A stretch of DNA of 64,000 bases from Antedon mediterranea (taxonomy: Eukaryota > Animalia > Echinodermata), in the NCBI RefSeq assembly GCF_964355755.1, contig NC_092672.1, positions 37,020,437 through 37,084,436 on the forward strand, read 5' to 3'. The notes under the pieces are model-generated. The model saw only the letters and a list, made by a program, of their open reading frames with translations. It ran no database searches and was not told the origin of the DNA. Position numbers and translations under genes: made by a program. Shown here piece after piece: positions 37,643 to 49,314 of this stretch. Each line of letters opens with the position of its first letter. Positions within the stretch are counted from its first letter, which is position 1.

Positions 37643-40600
37643 TCAGATAAACAACGTCTCTGTTTCGTCTGGTTTAGTTTCGGTAATTTGAGGTCGTGTA
37701 GTAGTCTCTACAATTGGTGTTGTGTTATTGACTGTTTCTTCTTCTTTCACTTCGGTTGATGCTGCTTGTGGCAGAAGCATATCGCTTTCTTTTACTTTCT
37801 GTACGGGACTTCGTCGTCTCTGAAAGTAAACAAAAAGGAACATGAATAAACAAATCTGTAGGCCTGCTAAGCCGTCCAAAAAGCCAACGGTGTACTAAGT
37901 CAGCAAGGTATATGTAGGCCTGCTAAGCCGTCCAAAAAGCCAACGGTGTACTAAGTCAGCAAGGTATATGTAGGCCTGCTAAGCCGTCAAAAAAGCCAAC
38001 GGTGTACTAAGTCAGCAAGGTATAAGTTTCAGTTTCTAACTAACCTCGAGGTCCCTGATCTTTTGGTTGAGTCTTTCTATTTCTACCTCATGTATCTCTT
38101 TCTGTGTCTCAAGTTCTGCCACTTTTGCCGCTAATCTTTTTGAATGTTTCGTCAACTTTTTGTTTTCTGTTCCAACTGTCTCCTAAAGTGTGTGAATAAT
38201 GTACGGTATGTTAACATATATTGTGATTAAAATGACTATTAAATGTATTAGATATAAAAAAAAAAGACAAATAAAGGGGGAGAAAATGACGTATAAGTTT
38301 TCAACTCCTTCTTTCCTCCTTTTCCTGCACTTTGTTGACAAGAAAATATGTAGCCTATTTTATTATGTTATGTTATAACTGTTGGAATTGGAAATAAATA
38401 TGTTTGAAATTTGGCTGGGTGTGTAGATGTTGGGCAATCGTACCATTAGTCTCCCATAAGTGACATTGACTTGGCGTATAATGTGAAAAAGGTACCGTGA
38501 GGCTCTCGTAGTTTGTATTTGAAAAATGATAGAAAAAAAAATGGAATGGAAATGTCACAATGGGTATTTTAGATAAAGTAACTTTTGAGATAAAACTTAC
38601 TAATTTGTCTTGGACAGCCACTTGAATCATTTCCATAACTTCATTAGTTAAAGTGTGTTCCGTATGAGCTACCCTGCGTTTTCGTGGATAAACTTCCTTG
38701 ACAGGTTTAAGTAACTTACGACTGGATTTCATGGTTTTGGAGCTAGTCACATCTGTTAAACTGCCTGGGGCGCTGTGGGTGGTAGTTCGTTCCAAAGACG
38801 AGTCTCTGAAATGCAATCAAGTTTAGGTATATTTTATTTAAAATGTCAGACTTTTCTGTCTAACTAACTAACCCTGGTAATTTAATTACATATTAAAAAG
38901 GAGGGTGTTGTTAATTTGTTTTAATAGCAACATTGTTGTTGTCTTTGATTAAATCATTATAATAATATGACTACTTATTCATTGTCACTCTCTCCTTTCC
39001 TGATGCCAATATCTTCTTGTTGATGCTATCATTGTGTTTTGCAGTTTGTAAACGAATTGATAAGATAAACACAAACCTGGAAATATCCGAAACATCTTCA
39101 ATTACAATCGGTTTTTCATCTACTAGCGGTTCAGAATGTTTTGGTGTAACCCGACGACCCATAAGCCGTTTTCTGCCTTCTTCTTCCAAAACAGTCTTAA
39201 ATAAAAAGAATATCAAACGCAAGCATTTTAGACCATCAAATATAAGAAGTTTATTGTAAACAATTTACTATAAGTTTGATTTGAGATGTGTTTGTGAAAT
39301 TAGTAGCAAAAGAAAGGAACAGTTTTCTGAATTAGCTTGAAGTAAAGGTGCTGCTAATAATAGATAAGCAACAAGAGATTTTAATGAATGAAGAACTCGA
39401 GCGTATGATGTTTACCTGTGCTTGTGGGTAATACTGCAGTGCTGCAAGGACGTCCTCTTTCGTCAAAGTAAACAAAACTGAATAGCCAACAGAGCGTACA
39501 TCAGCCGTCCGTCTATTAAGAGTGAATTCAAGATGAAGATATCGTTACCAATTCTTACACTACACAATAACAACTATTTTTGTAAAATCGATTTTAGAAT
39601 TTTACTATATCGAAATGTTAATGGAACTTAATGACTTTTAACAACATTGGTTAATTACCAAGCACCTTAAACGATGTCACTACAAAAGCATTTATTGTAT
39701 GTTTACTATTTGCAATAAATTATGAACAATTTGCTAGTTAGGCCATAATAGGCAGTTTTACACGCAATCTTACGAATACGATAACGAAAACGGATACGTC
39801 ACGCACACGTACCGGTATTCGTTTTTGGTAAGTCAGTAAAAAATCTGTTTCGCATGGCAACGAAATATTAAGGGCGCCGTCCAAAATATGACTGAGTACG
39901 GTACATTTTAGCGAAGCGCAGGTACGTGTTGCTTGGTGCTTGACTGGCCTAGCGTAACATCAAAGCGAGTGAAGATTTTAAAAACTGCTATTTATTAAAA
40001 TTGACCTGGCATTTTAGTAAATTACTTTAGTAAATTACTTTCAATAAAAGTATAATTATATTATAATCACGAATCATTCTTGATTCAAATGCAAAATGTG
40101 CAAAATAGTACAAAAAAACTATACTCGCATATGTCAGCTCAAAAGTTTCACAAATGTGTGACGTATCCGTTTTCGTTATCGTATTCGTAAGGTTGCGAAA
40201 ACTCCCTAAAGCGTGGTTCCCACTAGCGACGCAACACAAATGGTATTGACCAATCACAAGCGATGGCTTATTCGCTTGTGATTGCTAACCGTCTATAACT
40301 TCGCTTGTCATTGGTTAAAACGCTTGCGTTGCGTTTACGTCCTTGCGTTACGTTCTAGTGGGAACCAAGCTTAATACTGCATTCTTACCTATTTGAAACT
40401 CCCTCTATGTTTAGGATACCAATCTCTCCAAAGAAATCACCAGCCTTTAAAGTTGTTAGAACCGAACCACCATCACTGCAACAGTTAGAATACGAGATTA
40501 GGAAATATACTCTTATATCATTATTATTAGGGAGCAATTTTCGACGATAAAATATGCATTACACATGTCCCAAATTGTCGTCTTGCACAGAAATCGATTT

Positions 40601-43600
40601 CTATTTTTGTTCGTGACGAGGTGACCAGCGTGTACCAAAAACGGAGTTGAAATGCGCATGTTTGTGATACTTCAATTCAATTGATACAGAATCAAACATC
40701 GGCGAATGTACAAATAGGCCTAAGTCTAGTCCTAAGTCACAGATAAAGCTCCGTATCGTAAGGGACACCGAGTAACTTCGTTTCATTTTATTAATGTATC
40801 CATCCAAAAGTGAAATATCATTAAAAAAAATAACAAGTAACAAATACATTAAAAGATGAAAATTTACCCCATCACTTCGAGATACCCATCCGAGATGATA
40901 AACATTTCTCTGGCAACTTCACCTTTCCTGCAGATAAGATCCCCAGGTGTGAAGATGGTTGACGGCATCTTTAGAACCAACTCGTGCAAGAACTCAGGTG
41001 GACATGCATTGAACATTGTTACCTGTTTAAAGTTAGATCATACATAATAATTCAGACCAGTTTACTGACAGTTCTTACTTACGTATTAAAAATGAATGTA
41101 TTTACTTTACTTTATTTATATAGAATAATAACAATATTATTGTATACTACTAATTAATACTAATACTATTATTAGCTATTAAAAAAGCCCGAAAGAAAAA
41201 GCTGTGCTCCAACTTCTGGACGCAACGCAAATACGCAAACATCACGTCATTGCACACGTAAACTGTTGCTTGTGATTGTCAAGGCGTTGTGCGCACGTCC
41301 CTGGGTCAGTGTGAAACCAGCTTTGATATGTTACCTTTTTCAATGTTTTAAGGTTGACATGCAACGCCAGTTCAGTCCTCAATTTGGCAGGTAGAAGACT
41401 AAGACTGTTCACATCACCCTCTCCTCTCACATTACCACTGAAAAAAAAAGGATTTACCATATATTACGTTTCTAGTACTAGGATATTAGTTATCGGTATG
41501 TAATGTCTGTTCTAAACGTCACTACGAACGCATAGAGTTAAGTAAAAAATTATTTCGGTCAGGCTTTGTGAAATACATTAATGCATTGAGAGTTCCAATG
41601 TGGTATTTACGGTACGCTGAAATTGACTTGAATTACGTAACTTCATGGCAACCATTCTAATGACGTAGGGCATAACGTTCGAGTATAAACTGACAGACGT
41701 AACAGACTATAACTATTGAGACGTACCTGAATTAAATTGTTTGGAAATTTACGAGTTGGTGAGTTTTCAGTTTATATTTCTATACGGTCTGTAAAGTCTT
41801 AATGGTTAGTTAAGGATTACATTACATTTAGGCCTGATAGTATGCAATAATATCTTAGGCCACTTAATTCTGGCCCATGGATACAAACCACCTGGATAAG
41901 CCTTGTTGGTATGTAGGCAGGCCAGGAGGAGCAGTGGCTTGCTATACCTATTCTTAGGGATAGGTCACCCTTGGTAATAACATTGGTATAGTAATCATTC
42001 ATTTTATTGAGTATACAAACAAACATTTATAGGTCTAATAAGTTATTTTTGCATACACACCTGCTCCAGGTGTAGTCAAACCATCTACGTACACGTGTCT
42101 GTACTTCAGTGGGTACGTTGTTTGTTCGCATGTACCTTTTTGCGTTGTCCTAAAATATTAAGACAAAACTATTTAGATAGATATAGATAGATATAGAATG
42201 TTACGTGAGAATAATGATAACATAACAAAGAGGTGTCAATTGTCGTGTCGAAAATATGGATACCAATTGAAAACGATCAGGCGTATTCTGTGCGCACTCC
42301 TCTGATTCTGGATGGTATGGATACCAATTGAAAACGATCAGGCGTATTCTGGATGGTACAAATACAGAGGGTTGTCCTTCAGAAAACGGGGGAGACAAAA
42401 TGATACCCGCAGTTTAAGAAAGATAGCCCTAAAATTCCCAAACCAAATAACCGCGTAAAATCATTGAGTTTTAAAAATGAAATGTTTTGATGAACTTACA
42501 AGTTGGCCTTCGAACGCTATACGTTCTGCGTTTCTGTTTTCGATTACTGTTCCCACTTGACCTATGGTAAATAATAATACCACGTGGTTATTGCCACAAT
42601 ATTATAATACAATCATTTATCAACTGTTTTAACAATTAAGATGTCCAAATAAAAAAAGTAGAAATGAGTTGTTTTAGTATCAGTTTTAGTCTGACATTAC
42701 AAATGCGCTTAGTGTTTATTTGTTATACTGTTGGGAAATTATAAACTTTATGGTTGTTCGAAAGGATAGTCAATGTAGATATGTCGGACGACCTTCGAGA
42801 CTTATGGAAATATAACCGTACTTACCGACAACAGATGCAAATACGAATACTCCAATTAGGTAGCCAACGATTTGGACAGCGTATCTGAAGTGTAGAAAAG
42901 TATTGAGTGTTAAGTTTGATCATTTGCTGAGCTAGGAATATTAATCAGACACGAAAAAGAACGATAGTACATCTCCAAAGCTGACTTAAATCATCGATAA
43001 TGTAGGCCTAATTATGTTTATGAATTCTACTGATACAATACTCTTAGGCCTATAGATATAATGCAAAATAGAGTGAAGGAGGATGAGGATGGAGAAGGGT
43101 AGATTAATTTCACTCTCAATTTTGGTTGGATAGACTCGAGTTTGATAACTTCATTCTCTTTAATGTGTGTTTTCAACATTAAATTGTATTGATATAGTAC
43201 TTCTATAAATTAAGCTTTTAACTTAAAACTTAGGATAGGCTTGAAAGCAATTCACACGCATGTATTTAGATTTCTTCCAGAGATTCTAAACACGTTATTT
43301 CTTTTTCGAATTCATTCCTCGTCTGAGAATGTTTCGTTTTTTTCCCTGTTAGAAGTTTTGTAATTAGTAAAGAGTAATTCAAAATAATGAATTGCACGGT
43401 TAAAGTGAGTCTATTGCCACGGTTAGTCTAAGTGTTTGTTATCAGTAATACTATTTTGTAAGTTTACAGTTGTCAAATTTTATTGGTAACTGTTAAAATT
43501 AATGACACCCATTTTGGAAACATATCAATACCGTGTGTCTACTGTAAATATTAGATAGCAAATTCATAGGTCGTATCATGCAGCTATAAAATCTAATTTT

Positions 43601-46212
43601 ATAGCTCCATGGTCGTATGTTATTGACATTATGATTGTATATTTTGATAGAATTATAATAATTGTATTTGGTACGTGCAGTTGAACGTGTAGGTCTTTTG
43701 GTAAATGGTGTGATCAAATATTGTACTATGATTGGACAATAATAGTTTGGAACGCTACAACGGTGTCTATTAGTATATTGTGTGTTTGATATTGAAAGGA
43801 AAAATACATCGTTGAAACTATAACACGTGTAATTTAGTTGGTTTGATCTTGACTTGTTGTGGCGGTATTGTTGATTTTAGGATTAACCCAAAACTAACAT
43901 TGTATTGTCTACATTGTGTGTCTTGTCCACACTCTTTAGTTGACATAGTGTTATATGAATACCCAACAAGTTGGTCAATCAATCTAGGGTAACAATATTA
44001 GCATTATACAAAATAAAAGAAATGTTATTTAGGTATTTATTCAAGACGAAATAAATTACGCATATTTATGTGCAATTATCACCTGTTTTTAATATGAAGA
44101 GAACGCTTAGTTTTGATTTCGTCGCTTTTGATTGGACAAAAGCTTGAATTGAATCTCTTTATCTGCAAAAATCGGGTGTCTAGAAAACTCAGATCTAGAA
44201 AAGTCAGATATCTGACTTTTCTAGATGTAGAAAACTCAGATATCAATATCTGACTTTTCTAGTTCCAAAATAGAACTATAAATCAAATCAAATGATTGGT
44301 TGCTAGGTCATTTGGATAATTCCATTATTAATCAGATTTAGGTAGGTCATTTGAAATACTAGAGTACTATTAAAACTGATTACTGTGTAAAAAGTAGGCC
44401 TACGTTTTCTTACTAATATTGTAACATGTAGAAGCGGCCTACGGCAAGAAAATACAGTGAACGTTACCGTTAAAATGTAGGCATAAAAATTAGGTATGTA
44501 CGAGTTGGTGTGGGTACGAGTTGACCACTTCTAGCCTAGTAGGGCCAGGCCTATAATTCTTCGCGATACATTGCAATAGCGCCTACACGTTGAGCCTTGA
44601 ATTGAGTTTGCTAAGCTAGGTTAGACCTAAAGGCTAAGCTAGCCTACATTTTAAAAGGTGTATACTGTATTTCTTGATGATTTAAGTCGTAGGCTGGCTG
44701 CTACTCACAAGTTACAATAATAATAATTATTATTAGTAAGAAAACGTAATAATACTGTAGTATTTCAAACAAGCTACCCTCTAATAAAAATGGAACGATC
44801 CACGATTGTAGATCTAGAAAATAATTTTTGTTGAATGTGGTCAGGTCTGGCATGTATGTACCGTAGGCTACATTTAAATGCATTTAAATGGTTACCAAAC
44901 TGACACTCAAGCCACGTACTTGCTTCTTTTGATATACTATTAAATATTGTAAATGTAATTATGAATTGTGAATAAATGTCTAAATACTTATTACAGTACA
45001 GTATTATATTCTAGTATAGTAACAGTAATAATAGTTAATGAATTTGTTTATACAGTTCATAACTTACTCTGAATTTGATTCCGGAAATGGTATATCTCCA
45101 ATAGTCGTAAGGGTCAAAGTTGACCAAAACACTGACATTACATACTTTCGCAAAGTTGAAGAATACTCGCCTTCAGGCGTGGGGTAAACCCAGGCCCCCT
45201 CCTCACCGAATCCTATAGCTTTACTGAAAAGATAGTATGCTGCTGCAGCCCAGTGTATCAACATTAGGATTATATGCGTGAGATCTGCAACTCGAAGAAA
45301 GTTTGGATACGGGGCTCTTGTTTCTAACATGTAATACCACATCCTGGCCCGGTATACCTTAAAAAACCGCGGGAATCTTACCATAGTGTGAAATTGGTCA
45401 GCTTCAATTAGATATAAAAAATCTAAAGGAGTCAAAGATACTAAATCAACTGGAAACTTCCAAGAATAAAGATAATGGTTCCTAAGTTTTAATTCGTTCC
45501 TTTGCAATAGACCTTGTTCGAGGTAACCTGTTCGTAATTGCACAACTATATCAATAACATACACCAAATCACATAAATAATCAACTGTAAACCATATTGC
45601 TAAAGAGTTCTCTTGTATCTCAGGCCAGGCTTCCCTAGCTATCATCATCCACAGATTGTATAATACTGCAATGGTTACGATAAATAACCAATAAAAAGAG
45701 AAGTTGCCATCGGGGTGAGCGATAAAATTCCACGATAACTCATCAACATCATCAGTCTCGCATTCACAAGTACTGTAGTTTGATATGTCCTCGTCAGCAC
45801 CTTCTCGCTGTCTGGTTGTAAATTTCTCCAGAAAGGAATCGACTCTTTGTGTAGAAACCTTCGGTTTCTTTCGCTTAGGAGGTCGAGCTACTCTTATCAC
45901 AGTTCTGAGAGTTGACCATCGAGTTAAACCTGATTTCTGCCGTGGCGTCTGACAAGAAGAAGCAACACTTCCACAGTCTGGTTCCACAAGATGAGTGGTT
46001 GAAGAAGTCTTCGCGGACGATCTTCCAGAACATTCCATTGATACCATTTCTCCAGCAGAGTCAGGCTCTGTAAGTGGATGAATTCTGCCGTTAAGTTGTT
46101 TCACTAATGAAGAACGTCGTCGGGGTAAATCTACGTTTTCACTGGGAAGTTCCGTCAGGCTTTTGACCGTTGAATTATTATTTGAAACGATTGGTGTCGA
46201 CAAACTAGCCAT
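37643..46212 (-). CDS. Cyclic nucleotide-gated cation channel subunit (CNGA/CNG-like), 12 exons
   Basis: Exons 46212-45068, 42884-42826, 42561-42500, 42149-42061, 41437-41335, 41022-40868, 40475-40389, 39512-39416, 39195-39077, 38805-38601, 38182-38045, 37819-37643. Motifs [25 protein letters not shown] (pore), [19 protein letters not shown] (C-linker), [29 protein letters not shown] (CNBD), C-terminal coiled coil. Start ATG is uncertain; an upstream exon is possible. Confidence 0.93.
37857..38024. repeat. Tandem repeat, 56-bp unit x3
   Basis: tgtaggcctgctaagccgtccaaaaagccaacggtgtactaagtcagcaaggtata; fills most of the last CNG intron. Confidence 0.95.
39751..40206. mobile_element. MITE family D with ~50-bp TIRs
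   Basis: cgcaatcttacgaatacgataacgaaaacggatacgtcac is mirrored by gtgacgtatccgttttcgttatcgtattcgtaaggttgcg. Confidence 0.85.
40210..40371. mobile_element. MITE family B copy with TAA target duplication
   Basis: TAA-agcgtggttcccactag ... ctagtgggaaccaagct-TAA. Confidence 0.9.
41200..41324. mobile_element. Degenerate MITE family B-like copy
   Basis: agctgtgctcc..gacgcaacgcaa...gcttgtgattg...gaaaccagct. Confidence 0.5.
44179..44263. repeat. Palindromic short-unit array
   Basis: tctagaaaa(c/g)tcagat units in alternating orientation, including the perfect palindrome tctagaaaagtcagatatctgacttttctaga. Confidence 0.8.
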
Positions 46213-47485
46213 CACTACTCCGTCCCTACATTCAAACACATACCGCTTATTGCTCCATTTTAGATGGTATAAACGGTTTTCTTTAAACAGTGACTATTTT
46301 TAAAAAACGATCTTTGGTCAAAAAGCAAGCTCCACTTTCACTAACTCTCCTGGATTTAATGAAAGAGTAATTGTTCTTCTGCTCATTGGCACAGATTAGC
46401 AGGATTAAAAGTAGCAATAACACATCATTATCTCGCTGTTTTCCAGAAACAAAGATTTCCATACATTTCAGCTACATTTAATAGACACGATTTATAAAAT
46501 AACAATGCGCTGCTGGTTCCAGAGTCTATTCAAGTTCGTTCCCTCCGTTTAGGGGAGTCAGCAGTCTGTTTGTATACATAGCAACACCCAACAATAGATG
46601 ATAATACAAAGGTCGTTTTAAAGAATAATACTAAAACTTCGTATAGTTCAGTAGCTCCCAAAACGAAATATGAGCAGGAAAAGTAAATAAAGGTAAAGAG
46701 CTGTCTGTGAGGTAATGTACACTATGATTCTTGAACGATTATTGATAAATATGGTACGCCAACTAATCGATTACCCGTATGGAATGGTAATACTTTTGAA
46801 GTACCCCTCCAAACAAAATGCATTATGGCATTCATTCGCGTCGATGTTTAGGAGACGTATCATTGCAAAAAGCTTTTAACATGCATTTATTTCTCATGAC
46901 ATAACTAAAGACACATTTAACAACAAAATTAAGATTTAATATTCGTTTATTTTATTTAGAGTACATTTACTGCCCATTTTCATTTATCATTTCTACTAAT
47001 GCATTCCTAAATACTCGTATATTTTGTTTGGTTTATTATATTCCGATGATAAAGCGTGCTAATTATGTAATTGGGTTGTTCATACACGACTCATGTCTGT
47101 TAAATTGGTTTAACAATCAACATTCGAAGTCAGTTAACTCCTTTTTGTTGAAGTCTCTCAATAATAAAATAATACAGACTAAAACTTAATAAGAAAAGCA
47201 TTTTATTTTGTTACGTTGATCCCTATTAGCTATTGCCTTGCACCTAACGCTAAAATAATGAGGGTGTAGAAAAAGAGAATACAACTTACAAGAGCATACA
47301 TATTAATATTATACTGTTGTTTATAAAAACTCTGTTACTTAATTAATAAATAGGAAAGACAAGGGAATATTTATTTAACCCAGAAAAATAATGTTGTTAA
47401 AGCATTAACCTATTAATCTAAATTGGGCGTATTAAATAATGTTAATATGGACAACCCATCATGTCGCAACGCAAACAAATATATT

Positions 47486-47665
47486 AGCGGTCTTTGGACC
47501 CTTGTGTCTCGCGTCCCTCACCTACCGAAAACAATGTTCACAAATATGTAAGCGGTCTTTGGACCCTTGTGTCTCGCGTCCCTCACCTACCGAAAACAAT
47601 GTTCACATGTAAGCGGTCTTTGGACCCTTGTGTCTTGCGTCCCTCACCTACCGAAAACAATGTTC
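47486..47665. repeat. Tandem repeat, 61-65-bp unit x3
   Basis: agcggtctttggacccttgtgtct(c/t)gcgtccctcacctaccgaaaacaatgttc. Confidence 0.93.
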
Positions 47666-48076
47666 CTATCAGAAGTTGGCTAATATCCATTTATGATTCA
47701 TAAAGATCTATAGAAGGCGATTGAGGACTGCTCGAACAAAACGCTTTCTGAATTCTTTTGTTCAATTCCACATTCAATCAACAGCTTGAAGAGCCTGGAA
47801 TATCAGTTTAATTAAGTTATTTTATAATATTGTTTTTGGTATTATCTTGTTTTATATGTATTCTCTTGTTTTTCCATTTTTACTGCGTCCAACTTAACTA
47901 TTGTACTACCCCCAACCACTCACTTTTTCAGTTAATACGGATTGGACCCCATTGGAAATAAGTTTTCTTTTTATTTGTCGACTTAATGGGTTATCCTGGT
48001 ATTCTTTTTTAATATGTACATTGTATATTTTAACTATTTTTATGAATATCGAATAAAATCAATCAATCAATCAATC
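47666..48076 (+). mobile_element. Probable 3' end of a non-LTR retrotransposon (CR1/L2-type tail)
   Basis: T-rich 3'UTR-like stretch, stem cccatt..aatggg, AATAAA followed by (AATC)5. Confidence 0.45.
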
Positions 48077-49314
48077 AGGCTTTTTAATCAACTAAGTTAA
48101 TTTCATTGTAGCTCTGTTGTATTTTTCAAATATTATTGTCTTTTTCTATTTTACTAACCTTCAACTCATGATTTTGAGCAATTGTACGTCAACATGAATT
48201 TCCTTTTGGACAAATAAAATAAACTATGATAAAGTTAGACCTTTTTATCTCGTGTCCTTTGTAATTTCGTAATTATTTGAATTCAAATAAACGTTTTGAA
48301 TTTTCATATTCCATTCACTGGTAAATCCCACTAATCCTCTTCCTCTCAAAAAGATCAAAAAAATATTAATTTATTTAATTACCCACCCGTTATAAACATT
48401 ATATTTTGATTATAAAGGCTGTGAATATTAAGTAAGTCATTATTACATTCGATTATTTTCGTAAGTAGAATTTGATCTTTTCAAAATTAAAATAGATGTC
48501 TGGTTCATTCTGGCAGGTTTTCAATTTTCCTGTTATACGGTTTAGACAATCGGATATTTTAAAATCGTTCCTGTAGGAAAATGTCATCGATAGGCCTCCT
48601 ACTTAACCACAAATATATATTGTATAATTACAAATTACAACACTTTGCACCGCTCAACGGTTACAAGGAACTAAAATCTAAATTAGTTAATAATGCCGCA
48701 AAGAACTATTTCAGTAAATATAAAATATCAGCATTGATTATGTTAACAAAAAAACAGCCTTTAATTTTGCTTTACACCGATAACTTTCGTATCGTACTAA
48801 TTCTAAAACGTCGATTGGTCAACTTTACGCAACTCCAAGTCGGAGTGTAGCCTACTCTAGCGCAACCCAAATCCACCTTTGTATTTTCAATTCAAACTAA
48901 CAGTTTTCTTTCTGTGGTATAGTTTAATTAAATCAACTTTTGAAGCTCAACCCTGCTTTTGAGTGACTTTAGAACTTGTGTGAGCAAACGCTGCTGTCAA
49001 CGTTGACTTCTTCCATCGGCTATCATCAGCATTGCTCTCGATTGGAAGGGAAGTAGTATGCGATTTTTTTTGTGTTGATAAATCTAAATCATTATTATTT
49101 TCACAACTAACAATGACTTTACAATACCTCTAAAGTCACACGCGCCTGAAAACTATCGAGTTTGTCCAAAGAGAATTAATTAATTCTGTTTGGCTTTCCA
49201 TTTCTTCTGTAATCAGTTAATGACTTTCCAAAACTGTATATAGCTCAACTCCATCAGGAACTGACTGTTTGGAAATAACTCGGTAACTCTGGTTACCCAT
49301 ATGTATATACCTAG

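Noticed and set aside
41855-41990. GC-richer structured island in a CNG intron as an HDV-like ribozyme
   Set aside because: Candidate P2/P3 can be drawn, but P1, the P1.1 GG and the J4/2 catalytic C do not fit.
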